Notes under the pieces: generated by a model
What the model was told of the DNA's origin: nothing
Seen by the model: the letters and a program-made list of their open reading frames with translations, nothing else
The model's database searches: none
Source of the DNA: Syntrophales bacterium
GTDB lineage: Bacteria > Desulfobacterota > Syntrophia > Syntrophales > PHBD01
DNA: 64,000 nt
Direction: 5' to 3'
NCBI GenBank assembly: GCA_963668175.1
Contig: OY764159.1
Span: forward strand, 2,816,001-2,880,000
Made by a program: the position numbers and the translations under genes
Shown here: in pieces, positions 40,300-50,556 of the stretch
Position numbering within the stretch: the first letter of the stretch is position 1
Layout of the letters: the number at the start of each line of letters is the position of its first letter

Positions 40300-40611
40300 T
40301 CAGGAGAAAACGATTTCTTCTACGAGAGCGTTCTTTTCAGGGTGTAACCGGCGGGAGGGGACGCTCGCGTTCCTGTCGGCGGTGCGAAGCGATCTTCCCC
40401 GAAGCGATGCATGGTTTTCGTCGAGCCTCTTTCGTGCTTTTTCGATCATCGAAGCATCGACCACGGATTCCAGGTTGTAGTGGTGAACGAAATACATCAT
40501 ATCGTATCCGCAGACAGGGCAAAGGCGGGCCGTGACGTCTTCCTTCCATTCCCGATCGTCGCCTATATATCCGCATCCTCCCAGCTTCCTGTTGCAGACG
40601 GCCAGGCACAT
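40300..40611 (-). CDS. Small Cys-containing protein, possible zinc ribbon
   Basis: RBS GGAGGTG; C..GCGYIG and CPVCG. Confidence 0.55.
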   Translation of the reverse strand: MCLAVCNRKLGGCGYIGDDREWKEDVTARLCPVCGYDMMYFVHHYNLESVVDASMIEKARKRLDENHASLRGRSLRTADRNASVPSRRLHPEKNALVEEIVFS

Positions 40612-40945
40612 GGAACACCTCCCTCTCCGGCGGTTCTAAACCGTCGATATCCTGTAAAATATAATATGATTGCGGAGCTTCGTATCGGACCCCCGGGCGA
40701 ATTTCTTTACGACGGGGGACGATACTGGTTTCTTTTAAAAAGAGTATACGCACGGGAGCAATATATAGCTATCGGGATCGGCCTTAATTCGGAAGCTGAA
40801 AAGGCGCATTTTAAACTAGGCATTTGGATGATGACGGGACCGCATGGAAGAGCGGATTGACGGATAATGATCCGTTATCAGAGGAATTTGCGGAAGACGA
40901 CGGGGAGGGGCGGAAGGGCGGTCCCGTTTTCCGATGGCTCCGGGG

Positions 40946-41527
40946 TCACCGTCCGGCCGCGAGGAATTGCTGCAAAGCCCCCAACTGATCCGCCGTGGCC
41001 CTGAATGTGGTATTCTCGCTGTCCATGTATACGCGAAAAGTGTACTCCTTCGCTTTGCGCAGCGCATCTTCGGCTTCCGGCGTTAACTGAAACTTGCCCG
41101 TGATATAGCGGCTTTCCGTCGTGTAGACGGGACCGGGCCAGTAGTAACGGCGGCCGCCCGCCGGATAGGAGCTTTCGGTCTCGGTTTCGGTCTTTTTATT
41201 GTAGATCGGCAGGGTGAAATACGTCCCGTCGATGCGGAGGTAGACCTTCTCCTCCAGTTCGCGGCCGTTGAAATAGGACGGGGCGTAGATGCGGAAGAAG
41301 ACGGTTGCCGGCAAGGGTTTTCCGTCCTTGATTTCCCTTTCGTAGCTTACGGTCTCGTTTTCGAGGCCGCCTTCCACGGCCTTGTGGCGCATGTCCAGCC
41401 GGACCAGAACGCTCTTCTTGTACGGGTCGTCCCGGACGACGATGTTGTAGGACGGCGCGCATCCCGGAAGCACGCATCCCAGAAGAGAGACGATGACGAG
41501 CACGATTGAAAATTTTCGACGCTTCAT
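40946..41527 (-). CDS. Hypothetical lipoprotein
   Basis: MKRRKF, hydrophobic core and LPGC lipobox; RBS GAGGAG. Confidence 0.75.
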   Translation of the reverse strand: MKRRKFSIVLVIVSLLGCVLPGCAPSYNIVVRDDPYKKSVLVRLDMRHKAVEGGLENETVSYEREIKDGKPLPATVFFRIYAPSYFNGRELEEKVYLRIDGTYFTLPIYNKKTETETESSYPAGGRRYYWPGPVYTTESRYITGKFQLTPEAEDALRKAKEYTFRVYMDSENTTFRATADQLGALQQFLAAGR

Positions 41528-41666
41528 ATTCCGCGCAACTCCTCCTCTGCCGTCAGCGTCAGCGACCGGTATATTAAATCGGTGCGCTTAGGAAAGCGAG
41601 GCGGGCATCCGGCAGATTGTTTCGACAGGATAGACCTTGAGGGCCTGTTTGGCAAGAGGCGAAAGA

Positions 41667-42719
41667 TTACGTCTGATCGAACCAGCACTGGGGGTCGTCG
41701 CCGAAGAGATCCCCCGAATGGGCGTAGGCGATGGCCCGGCAGCCCCGGCAATAGCGCCAGCGCACACAGGCGCCGCATTTGCCCTTGTAGTTTCCCCTCT
41801 CGCGCAGTTGCCGGAGTATTTTCGAAGACGACCAGATATGGCGGAGCGACGATCGGCGAATGTTGCCGATCCTGACCCCGATGCGGCGGCAGGGCATGAC
41901 GGAGCCGTCGCTCGTAATCGTGACGCCGAGGACGCCCGCGCTGCATCCCGAAAGTGCCCCGCCGTCCCCCTCTTCCATGGCGTCGTCCCCGCAGAGGCGG
42001 GCCAGGGGATCGCCGGAGGCGGCCTCGAAGTCAGGGCCGTCGAGCGTCCGGATCTTTTTGTAGGCGGCCTCTATCTCCCGCGGGGAAAGCAGGCTGTCCG
42101 CCATGCCCTTCCCTCTCCCGCAGGGAACGAGGCGCGAAAAACCGATGCCGGAAAATCCCATGTTCTTCGCTATGGCGGCCGTCTCCTCGATGCGTCCGAT
42201 ATTGGCGGCCGACAGGGTCATGTTGGCGCTCACGCTGTTGCCCGCCTCGACGAGAAGACGGGCGCCCTTCATGGCCGCCTCGAAGCTCCCGCGCCCGCGG
42301 ACGGCGTCGTGGACGTCCGGGGGCCCCTCCAGGCTGACCTGGATGTCCTTGAGGCCCGCGGCCTTCGCGCTTGCGGCATCGCCGCCCGTCACGAGCATGC
42401 CGTTCGTCAGGAGGGCCACCCGGAATCCCTTCTCTCCCGCATGGCCGACGACGTCCCACAGGCCTCCGTAAAGAAAGGGCTCGCCGCCGGTGAAATGAAT
42501 CGACGGGGACAGGGATATGCCGTACTCACGGGCCCAGGCCTGCAACATCCCTGCGGCCCCGTCGATCTCTCTTTTCACGTCACGGGCATCCATCTCCTCC
42601 GGAATCTTCCGCCCCTGGTAGCAATGGCGGCAGCGGAGATTGCACCTTTCGGTGAGATGCCACTGGATAAAAAAATCGAATGTCGTCGTTGCCGGACCGG
42701 CAACTATTTGCCCTTTCAC
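41667..42719 (-). CDS. Radical SAM/SPASM domain protein, probable peptide maturase
   Basis: CNLRCRHC, TGGEP and SPASM C...C...CxxC...CxxC...C motifs. Probable GTG start at 42719 overlapping the peptide ORF; alternative start 42737. Confidence 0.92.
   Translation of the reverse strand: MKGQIVAGPATTTFDFFIQWHLTERCNLRCRHCYQGRKIPEEMDARDVKREIDGAAGMLQAWAREYGISLSPSIHFTGGEPFLYGGLWDVVGHAGEKGFRVALLTNGMLVTGGDAASAKAAGLKDIQVSLEGPPDVHDAVRGRGSFEAAMKGARLLVEAGNSVSANMTLSAANIGRIEETAAIAKNMGFSGIGFSRLVPCGRGKGMADSLLSPREIEAAYKKIRTLDGPDFEAASGDPLARLCGDDAMEEGDGGALSGCSAGVLGVTITSDGSVMPCRRIGVRIGNIRRSSLRHIWSSSKILRQLRERGNYKGKCGACVRWRYCRGCRAIAYAHSGDLFGDDPQCWFDQT
42688..42704 (-). promoter_or_regulatory. SECIS-like hairpin
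   Basis: Minus strand GTTGCCGGTCCGGCAAC begins 11 nt after the second UGA and 20 nt after the first. It resembles the E. coli fdhF SECIS GGUUGCAGGUCUGCACC. Confidence 0.6.
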
Positions 42720-42832
42720 TTCTTTCAGCTGTAGCACGATTTGCCGGAGTCCGCGGACTTCATCATCAGCCAGAAGGCCTTTTCCCGGCTCTTGGCAATC
42801 TTGCTCAGCTCTTTTCTCCTGAGAGTCCTCAT
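42704..42832 (-). CDS. Unannotated RiPP-like precursor peptide, candidate selenopeptide: MRTLRRKELSKIAKSREKAFWLMMKSADSGKSCYS(U)KK(U)KGK
   Basis: Strong RBS AAGGAGGTGA; ATG at 42832. In-frame TGA at 42727-42725 and 42718-42716, TAG at 42706-42704. Directly upstream of the rSAM/SPASM gene. Confidence 0.7.
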
Positions 42833-43047
42833 CCTGTCACCTCCTTTCCGTGAAAGTGGGCCCGGGTCCCGTAAAACTTACGCGATGCCGCCGGAAGGCA
42901 TACACATCGCAAGGCCTTCATGTTTTATAGGATCGCCGCCACAAGAGCGTCTTTATCGCTTTACGGCAATGCGCCTTTTCCCCAGCTTATGAACGGTCGG
43001 TCGGTGTGGGTACGTTAACGTTTGCGCTTACGTCTTGACGGCGCGGC

Positions 43048-44148
43048 CTAGGCCCTGCCGACAATGAGTACCGGCTTGATCGTGACGCCGCGTTCGGCGT
43101 CGGCGACGGCCCGATTGATCCTGTCGAAAGCGTAGGCGGTGATGAGGCGGTCGAAGGGGAAGAGACCTTCACGGTAGAGTTTGATGAGGCGGGGGATGAA
43201 GCGCTGGGGGACGGCGTCGCCCTGGATGACGCTCAGGGCCTTCCTGCCGCCGGGAAGATGGTCGGGGCCGCTCGCGCCCGTGAGGAACGCCGAAGTGCCG
43301 CCGGGATTGAGGCAATCTGTGGCGAGGCGCATGAGCGTCGGGTCGCCGGTGCCTTCCACGGTATAGTCGACGCCCCCGCGCGCGATTTTCGCGATGCGGG
43401 CGGCGACGTTCGCCCGGCGGCTGTCGATCGTGTGCGTTGCGCCGAGTTCGCGGGCGAGCCGGAGGCGCTTCGGCACGATATCGACGCCGACGATCGTTTC
43501 CGCCCCGGCGATCTTCGCGGCCATGACGGCCGCGAGCCCGACCGAACCCGTTCCGAAGACGACGATGCTTGCGCCTTTCTTCACGGCCAGGGAGTTGAAG
43601 ACGGTTCCGGCCCCCGTCTGCATGCCGCAGCCCAGGGGCGCGAGGATTTCCATGGGCAGGTTTTTCGGGACCTTGACGACGTTTCGCTCCGTCGCCAGGC
43701 AGTACGTGGCGAAGGAGGACTGGCCGAAGAAGTGCCCGGCGACGCCGGAGGCGGCGAGGCCGTTGCTGCCGTCCAGGCGCTGGAAACCGAAGTTGAGGTC
43801 GTAGAAGTGCGTGCAATCGGCGGGACTGCCCTTCTTGCACGGCGCGCAGCGGCCGCAGGACTGGTACGAGAGCACCACGTGGTCTCCCGGGCGGACGGAC
43901 TTCACGCGGCCGCCGACTTTCTCGACGACGCCCGCGCCCTCATGCCCCAAAACAACCGGCTCGCCCGAAGCCCCCCAATCCATCATGCCGATGTCTGTAT
44001 GGCAGATGCCCGTCGCGACGATCCTCACGAGGATTTCGCCGGGACGCGGATTTTCCAGGACGAGGTCTTCCATCCTTAAGGGGCCGCCCGCCCTGCGCAG
44101 GACGGCGGCACGGATTTTCTGCATGGGCTTCTGCGAAACGGCGGTCAT
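43048..44148 (-). CDS. Zn-dependent NAD(P) alcohol dehydrogenase (aryl-alcohol DH-like)
   Basis: GICHTD, GHEGAG, CGRCAPC..C, FFGQSSFATY, PLGCGMQTGAG and GTGSVG. Confidence 0.93.
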   Translation of the reverse strand: MTAVSQKPMQKIRAAVLRRAGGPLRMEDLVLENPRPGEILVRIVATGICHTDIGMMDWGASGEPVVLGHEGAGVVEKVGGRVKSVRPGDHVVLSYQSCGRCAPCKKGSPADCTHFYDLNFGFQRLDGSNGLAASGVAGHFFGQSSFATYCLATERNVVKVPKNLPMEILAPLGCGMQTGAGTVFNSLAVKKGASIVVFGTGSVGLAAVMAAKIAGAETIVGVDIVPKRLRLARELGATHTIDSRRANVAARIAKIARGGVDYTVEGTGDPTLMRLATDCLNPGGTSAFLTGASGPDHLPGGRKALSVIQGDAVPQRFIPRLIKLYREGLFPFDRLITAYAFDRINRAVADAERGVTIKPVLIVGRA

Positions 44149-44762
44149 GAATCATCCTTCCCCGGCGGATCGGCCGGCATATCGTGGTCAAGACGGTAAT
44201 GCGATTTGAGGACGCCGTAGAGCCATTCCCTCTCCGGCTCGTTGGCGCTGGCGGCCAGGTCGAGCCTGCGCGCGCCCTGGTCGATCGTCAGGCGGTTTCC
44301 CGAAGCGAAGTCCCGAAGCCTGAGGGTGGCAAGCTCGGATGCGCTGAAGGCCGTCCGGTGCCGTTTTGGAAACAGCCTCTTCCATGCGTCCCGCTGCGAT
44401 CCGATGGCGAAGGAGACCCGCAGGGGGGCGATGCCGGAATCGTAAAGCGGTTCGGGGCTCGCAAGGACAATGGTTTCGGGGACGGCGCGCTGAAAGAGCC
44501 GGTAGAGATAGTACATGGCGAAAAGGCCGCCGACCGTCCACGTCCCGAGCCAGAAAAGCATGAATGCCCGGTAGCCGTTGCCGCCCGTCACCAGGGCTTC
44601 GATGCCGATGGCCCAGCCGACCGCCCACGCCCCGAGCCAGAAAAGCATGAAGACGCCGACAAAATAGCGCATGAACCCGCACTTGCGCTGGGGGATGACG
44701 ATGACGTCTTTCCCGTCGGCGGATTCCACCCTGATCTTCGAGTTGGCGGGGGGTGCGACCAT
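44145..44762 (-). CDS. Hypothetical membrane protein (Trp-rich TM hairpin)
   Basis: FMLFWLGxW repeated twice; ATGA overlap with the ADH gene. Confidence 0.75.
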   Translation of the reverse strand: MVAPPANSKIRVESADGKDVIVIPQRKCGFMRYFVGVFMLFWLGAWAVGWAIGIEALVTGGNGYRAFMLFWLGTWTVGGLFAMYYLYRLFQRAVPETIVLASPEPLYDSGIAPLRVSFAIGSQRDAWKRLFPKRHRTAFSASELATLRLRDFASGNRLTIDQGARRLDLAASANEPEREWLYGVLKSHYRLDHDMPADPPGKDDS

Positions 44763-45086
44763 GCTTCGCGTCCTTCTCTTCCCTGACTGTCATTGCCGGC
44801 GTGGGGGGGCATCTACCCTACCCCCTGTTCTTGAAACCCATGTTCTTCCTTTCGTTCCGGAAAGCGACCCGCTTGCCCTGAATTATACAATTTTTGCCGA
44901 AACAATACAAACGATAAGCAAGGGACATCGGGCACCGTACAAGGAATGGAAATCGATAAGCGGATTAAACGGTGCGACTGCCCGATGCGTCTGCCTGCGC
45001 GGGCATTCCGGCAGGCCCGAACATCGAAGATTGCGGGATGCCGTCCCGAGTCGCTTATCGATCTTTTTTGACAGGGATCGAAGATA

Positions 45087-48000
45087 TCACCTTGTCTTCC
45101 CGATGGGGAAGTTAGCTCCCGTCTGGATCGTAGGCGTCTGCTGCCGTTTGAAGACCTCCTCGGAAAGCCTCAGGACCTCGCCTTCCACGTAGTCCGCCAG
45201 GCCCAGGACGGTGATATAGCCGTCGTTCTTGATATCCGCCTTGCCCTTCAGGCCCTCGATGAGGACGTAGGTGAAGAGGCCGTGACCCTTGTATCCTTCG
45301 AGCGCGAGTTGCGTGTCGGACGACGCCGAGAAGACCGCCGAGCCGATGGCCCTCTGCAGGAGCTTGACCGCCGTCGCGTCGGTGAGGCCGCGCGTCTGCT
45401 GAAGAAGCGCCACCTGGATCTCCTTCCCGCCTTTGCCGGCGTTGCAGGTATCCAGGACGACGACCTTCTTCTGGGCGGGGATGCCGCCGATGAGCCCGGC
45501 AAGCTCTTTCTGGCTGATGGCGTCCCGGCCGAGATGGCGCGACGAAAGCAGAAAGACGTTGCTCGTCAGGAGAAAGTATTGCTCCTCGTTGTCCACGACG
45601 TCCACGACGCCGTGGGAGGCATCGTAGAATACGAAGAGGTCGTTGGGCTTGACTTTCGCACGCATCCCGGCAAAGGCCTTGCCGATGGCCTCCCTGGTCG
45701 TTTCGGCAGGCGTTGCGAGGACCCGGACGTCGACTCCCGCGAAGAGTGGCGACGCCGTTTTCTTCAGCGCCTCGGCAAAGGCCCTGGCGTCCGACACGGC
45801 ATAATTGAGTGAGATGGACTTGTTCTTGTATTCGTTGATGCCGATCACCAGGGCATGGAGATTCGGCTTATCCATCGCCGCACGGGAATTGACCGAAACC
45901 TCCGCAGGGACGGACTCCATGGAGTTGTCCCTGTTGAAGGCGATCGCCCGTATGTCGTTCCGGCCTTCCAAGAGCGGCACGGTGAACGAGAACGCCTGTT
46001 CTCCGGGCGCGGTCTTGCCCTTCACGGCCACCGCCCGCGTTTCGTTCGCCACCTGCGCCCCGTTGATATGGATCATGACGTTTCCGATGCCGCCCCCGTT
46101 GTCGGCGACGCGCACGGTAACCGTGACGCTGCTTCCGGAGACGGAGATTCCCGGCGCAGGGGATGCGATACGGACGGACGGGGCGGGCTTGCTCGCCAGG
46201 ATGTCGCCGAGGGTCTCGCCCTTGGGGATGTTCCTGCCGGCGAGGGCCAACTGCACAAGTTCGGGGCGGTAGAATTTCGAATAGAACTGGTCGACGCCGT
46301 AGACGCGGTTGCCGACCCGGACGTTCAGATACTTCGCGCCGTTCGCCGACGCGTTGAAGTAGCCTTCCGGCGTGATGACGACCCACTCGCCGTCCGTGAA
46401 GCTTAAGAACTTCGCCCTCTCTCTCCCCGTGGCTGCATCCCATGAACGGATCGTATTATCGCTCGATGCGGACAACACCCGCTTCCCGTCCCGCGACAGG
46501 GATGCGGTCCGCACCCAGTTCTCGTGCCCGGCGAATGTCGTGACGATTCGTCCGTCGTCCGTATCCCAAAGTCTGAACGCTTCTTCCGCCCCCGTCGAAA
46601 CGAATCTGTCCCCGCGGACGGAGAATTCCAGGTCGTAGACGATGTCCCTCTGTCCGACGAATCGCTTTATGACCGCACCGGTGGCGGTGTCGGCCAGGAC
46701 GATGGTCTTGTTGTCGCCGGGAAAGAGGATTCGCCCGCCGTCCGGGGAAAAGGCGAAGGCGAGCCCTACCACGGCCGCATAGCACTTCACCGCCAGGACT
46801 TCCTTGCCCGCGTCGAAGTTATACAATCTCAGGGTATAATGCTCAAGCGTTTCGCCTTGCACGGCAACGGCGACGGACTTCCCGTCCGGCGAGAGGGCGA
46901 CGCTGTGGCGGTAAGGTTCCGTCCAGCGGAACGTATCTTTCCGTCCCGTGGCCGTATCGATGCGCGTGGCCGTCTTTTCCGCCACGCTCAGCAGGTGTCG
47001 GTTGTTCTCCGCCAGCATGAAAGAAACGATCTTCCCGGCGGGTTCCGTGTACGTCATGATCTCCCTTCCCGTGGCGATCTCTTTCACCCTGAGCGTCCGA
47101 TCGTCGACGCGTTCCGTCGCATACCGGCCGTCCCGGGAGAAATGCGCGACGGATGCCTTATAAATCGTCTTCCCGGCGGCCACGTCCCACAGTTCCCTGG
47201 TCTTGTCCTCGCTGATCAATTGGAGATATTTCCCGTCGGCGGTGAAGCGCAGCACGCTCGTATAGCCTTCCAGCACCTTGAGGGGCTTCCCGTTTTTGAT
47301 GTCCCAGACCAGGGGGGATTTCTCCGTGTTGACGACGGCCTTGTCGCCGTCGGGACCGAGCGACGCCGAATAAATAACCGTCAACGGACGTCTCGCGAAT
47401 GCCTGTCCCCAGCGGCCGTCGGCGATATCCCAGAGGGTGGGAACATATCGTCCCGTGAAGATGACGGACCTGCCGTCCGGCGAAAAAGCTGCGCCATCGG
47501 TATGGCTTGTCGTGATGGTCGTCAATTCCTTACCCGTCATGGCGTCCCACAACCTTGCGCCCGCCGGCCCCACGGCAATCGCCTTTTTGCCGTCGGGAGA
47601 GAGGGCGATCCGGCGGAATTCCGGCTTTTCGTTCACATTCCAGGAAGAGACAATCTTTCCCTCCCTGATATCGACCATTTCGAACACTAGGCGCTTGGCA
47701 TTGTAATCGTTCTTCAGGAAAAGGCCGTACCGGCCGTCCCGGGACAGGGAGACCGCCGCAAACAGATCGATGCGATTCGTCTCGAACACGGCAACCGCCT
47801 TGCCCGACGTCGATTCCACGACATCGTACTTATCGTGTCCGGTCTCGGCCACAAGGTGCGTTTCGCCCGCGGCGAGCCTGCTGTAACCCCTGACTTTCGA
47901 CACCGTCCTGAGAACCCGTCCGGTGGCAACCTCCCAGACGTTCAGGGTGCCGCCGTCCATGTCCACGGAGGCGACGGTGTGCCCGTCGGGGGAGAACGCG

Positions 48001-48416
48001 AGGAACGTGATGTCGCGATGCCTGCCGGTCGTGGCCATGGTCGTGAGCACCTTTCCCGTAGCGGTGTCCCAGACCTTGATGATCCCCTTCTCGTCGCCCG
48101 AAGCGATCTGTTCGCCGCGGGCGGAGACGGCTACTGCGCCGGTCCTCGCACCTTGGCCGGCGAACGTCCTTATCTCCGCGCCGGACGCGACATCCCAGAG
48201 TTTGACGACATTGTCGTCGCTTCCCGTCGCCAGAAACCTGCCGTCGCCCGAAAAAGCGGCGGCGGTAACACCCGCCTGATGCCCCAGCTGGACGAATATC
48301 TCCGGCTTTTCGGCGCCGCAGGCCGCGCCGGCCGAAAGCCCGCAGACGACTACCGCGGAAAGCAATACTTTGTGAACCGTTGTCCTTATGCCTGATTTTA
48401 TATGATTGTTTTTCAT
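45087..48416 (-). CDS. Secreted WD40-repeat protein with C-terminal caspase-like (peptidase C14) domain
   Basis: Signal-like N-terminus, many WD40 repeats, LVIGINEY, ASHG (His) and LDTCNAG (Cys). Confidence 0.9.
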   Translation of the reverse strand: MKNNHIKSGIRTTVHKVLLSAVVVCGLSAGAACGAEKPEIFVQLGHQAGVTAAAFSGDGRFLATGSDDNVVKLWDVASGAEIRTFAGQGARTGAVAVSARGEQIASGDEKGIIKVWDTATGKVLTTMATTGRHRDITFLAFSPDGHTVASVDMDGGTLNVWEVATGRVLRTVSKVRGYSRLAAGETHLVAETGHDKYDVVESTSGKAVAVFETNRIDLFAAVSLSRDGRYGLFLKNDYNAKRLVFEMVDIREGKIVSSWNVNEKPEFRRIALSPDGKKAIAVGPAGARLWDAMTGKELTTITTSHTDGAAFSPDGRSVIFTGRYVPTLWDIADGRWGQAFARRPLTVIYSASLGPDGDKAVVNTEKSPLVWDIKNGKPLKVLEGYTSVLRFTADGKYLQLISEDKTRELWDVAAGKTIYKASVAHFSRDGRYATERVDDRTLRVKEIATGREIMTYTEPAGKIVSFMLAENNRHLLSVAEKTATRIDTATGRKDTFRWTEPYRHSVALSPDGKSVAVAVQGETLEHYTLRLYNFDAGKEVLAVKCYAAVVGLAFAFSPDGGRILFPGDNKTIVLADTATGAVIKRFVGQRDIVYDLEFSVRGDRFVSTGAEEAFRLWDTDDGRIVTTFAGHENWVRTASLSRDGKRVLSASSDNTIRSWDAATGRERAKFLSFTDGEWVVITPEGYFNASANGAKYLNVRVGNRVYGVDQFYSKFYRPELVQLALAGRNIPKGETLGDILASKPAPSVRIASPAPGISVSGSSVTVTVRVADNGGGIGNVMIHINGAQVANETRAVAVKGKTAPGEQAFSFTVPLLEGRNDIRAIAFNRDNSMESVPAEVSVNSRAAMDKPNLHALVIGINEYKNKSISLNYAVSDARAFAEALKKTASPLFAGVDVRVLATPAETTREAIGKAFAGMRAKVKPNDLFVFYDASHGVVDVVDNEEQYFLLTSNVFLLSSRHLGRDAISQKELAGLIGGIPAQKKVVVLDTCNAGKGGKEIQVALLQQTRGLTDATAVKLLQRAIGSAVFSASSDTQLALEGYKGHGLFTYVLIEGLKGKADIKNDGYITVLGLADYVEGEVLRLSEEVFKRQQTPTIQTGANFPIGKTR

Positions 48417-48827
48417 CTCGCTCCTGTACATAGACCTATGCCTGTCATTGAATGAACGATATCCCAATACACGCGCACGGATAAGCTTCCGGAACAGATG
48501 CTCCCGTGACGGCGCGTCAGTTTAACACACAAATCTCTTCAGCCTTCCATGCAGCTTTGAGAAAATATTGTAAAATAATGTGAAGACAAAGTGTACTGAA
48601 TTTTACGCCGCACCGGTTCGTCCGTACGAAATCGTTGAAGGAACCTGACTCGACAAGGGATTTTTCCTCAGCTAGTCCGGCATCTTACACGATTCTTGCC
48701 GGGAGATTGGAAACGAGATGGCGGGATAGCCGTTTAGACGCGGCGGGAAATACGACCATCTGTCTCCGGAAGTGTTGATATAAGGAATATCGGAGGAAGG
48801 ATGAAAGGGCGCCGTTGTTTGTTGCAC

Positions 48828-49076
48828 CTACAGAGAGTGCCTGCCGACGGTCCATGTCCCCAGCCAGAAAAGCATGAAGGCGCGGTAGCCGTTGCCTCCC
48901 GTCACCAGGGCCTCGATGCCGATGGCCCAGCCGACGGCCCAGGCCCCGAGCCAGAAAAGCATGAAGACGCCGACGAAATAGCGGAAGAATCCGCTCTTGC
49001 GCTGGGGAATGACGATGACGTCGTTCCCGTCGATGGATTTCACCCTGATCTTCGAGTTGGCGGGGGGTGCGATCAT
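48828..49076 (-). pseudogene. Truncated 5' duplicate of the 44145-44762 gene
   Basis: About 78 codons nearly identical in protein to that gene's N-terminus, breaking off after WTVG. Confidence 0.85.
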
Positions 49077-49519
49077 TGTGGCCTTTCCTTGCCGGTCTCG
49101 TGGATTATAAAGGGCCATTGCCCCTGACGGTTGCGCGTTGCCGTTGCTTGCTCTTCCGTGACTTTCGGCCGGGGCCGGCAGGGTCGCAACACTACCCGCT
49201 GCGAAAGAATCTCCTGTTCTTTCTTCCCTCCCGAAAGCCAGCCGAATCCTCGTAACTTATACATTTTTTTCGGGGACAATACAAACTTTATGGTGCGGCA
49301 GCCAAGCCGCGAAAAGGAAAAAATATCGGTCCCTAGAATATATAAACGAGAGGGAGCGAAGGAAGGATGAAATGGCGCGGTTGTTGGCTACCTACCTATC
49401 TTCATAATTATTTGTGTCCAGAGAGTATTGACAAACAATTTAAAGCGAGTTGCGAAGAAATTTGTCCGGTATTCAACGACACTCACCCACCATGTGGTTA
49501 GTCTTATTCGCTTCCTTTT

Positions 49520-50242
49520 TCACGGAAGAGGTCGACTATGATCCCTTTCGGCTCTTACGACCTTCTTATTGTCAAGTGTCTTCATAAAACCGCCGTTCTG
49601 CCATGTGTACTCCAGAGTCTGTATGAACGTATGGCCCGACTTGCAAGAAGTTATTTCCTGATTAAAGCGAACAATAGGATTGCTGTTGACCTGATGGAGT
49701 ATCTGAAAAGGAATACTTAGCGATTTAACGGCATCATCTTTCTTCCCCAGGTCGGCGCAGAGATGACCGCTTTCCGAATATGCCTCTCCGGCATCCCGGA
49801 AATAGAATACGCTATAACCTCTGTTGTTGACGCTTCTTGGCACCAGAAAGAAAGCATGATAACCCGAACTAAATACCCCATGTGAAAGCCTGGACGCTTT
49901 TAGTAACACATATCCTTTTCCATTCTGCCCGAAAAATCTATGCACCACGGAAAGGTCTGGGAACCAGACACCATCTTCATGTTCATCGCATGACAAGGCT
50001 CCCTCGATTACACTGTTGCAGTAATATATGTTTTCGTCGCCTATATAGACAAACTCTCTTTTATTAAGCCGTTGACAGTAGGAGCCGGATTTGCCTGTCT
50101 CTGAGAAATACTCGCGCAGGGGCTCATATTTTCTGTCATTAATAATTTCTCTGCAATCCTTGAGAAGTTCTTCTGCTGCCACATTTGGTGGGAACGAAAA
50201 AATGAGAAGCACTGCAAAAATGGCGTATGCAACCTTTCTCAT
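49520..50242 (-). CDS. Hypothetical secreted protein, low GC
   Basis: Signal peptide (AA-E cleavage), several Cys, visibly AT-richer than its neighbours. Confidence 0.75.
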   Translation of the reverse strand: MRKVAYAIFAVLLIFSFPPNVAAEELLKDCREIINDRKYEPLREYFSETGKSGSYCQRLNKREFVYIGDENIYYCNSVIEGALSCDEHEDGVWFPDLSVVHRFFGQNGKGYVLLKASRLSHGVFSSGYHAFFLVPRSVNNRGYSVFYFRDAGEAYSESGHLCADLGKKDDAVKSLSIPFQILHQVNSNPIVRFNQEITSCKSGHTFIQTLEYTWQNGGFMKTLDNKKVVRAERDHSRPLP

Positions 50243-50556
50243 AAGGGATTCCTTGTCAGATTAGATGACATATACTATTGACCTGATAATATTTACCATA
50301 TTCAGAACTAGGATTCTATACTGTATCTTATTTTATCGATTATTAATTGAAATGTTTATGAACAACTGAAACTGATGGCTCATTGCTAACAGGAAGTACC
50401 CGCGAAAAAAGCTACCCGTAACACTTTTCGAAACGCACACAACGGTTCATCTTAAGCTCTTTCCGAAACCCTGCAGATAGCCATTGACGCGGCAGCGCGG
50501 CAACGGGAAGGCTTCATTTCCGGCGTGGAAGAGTTGTTCCAGTCCGCCCCGGCCTT

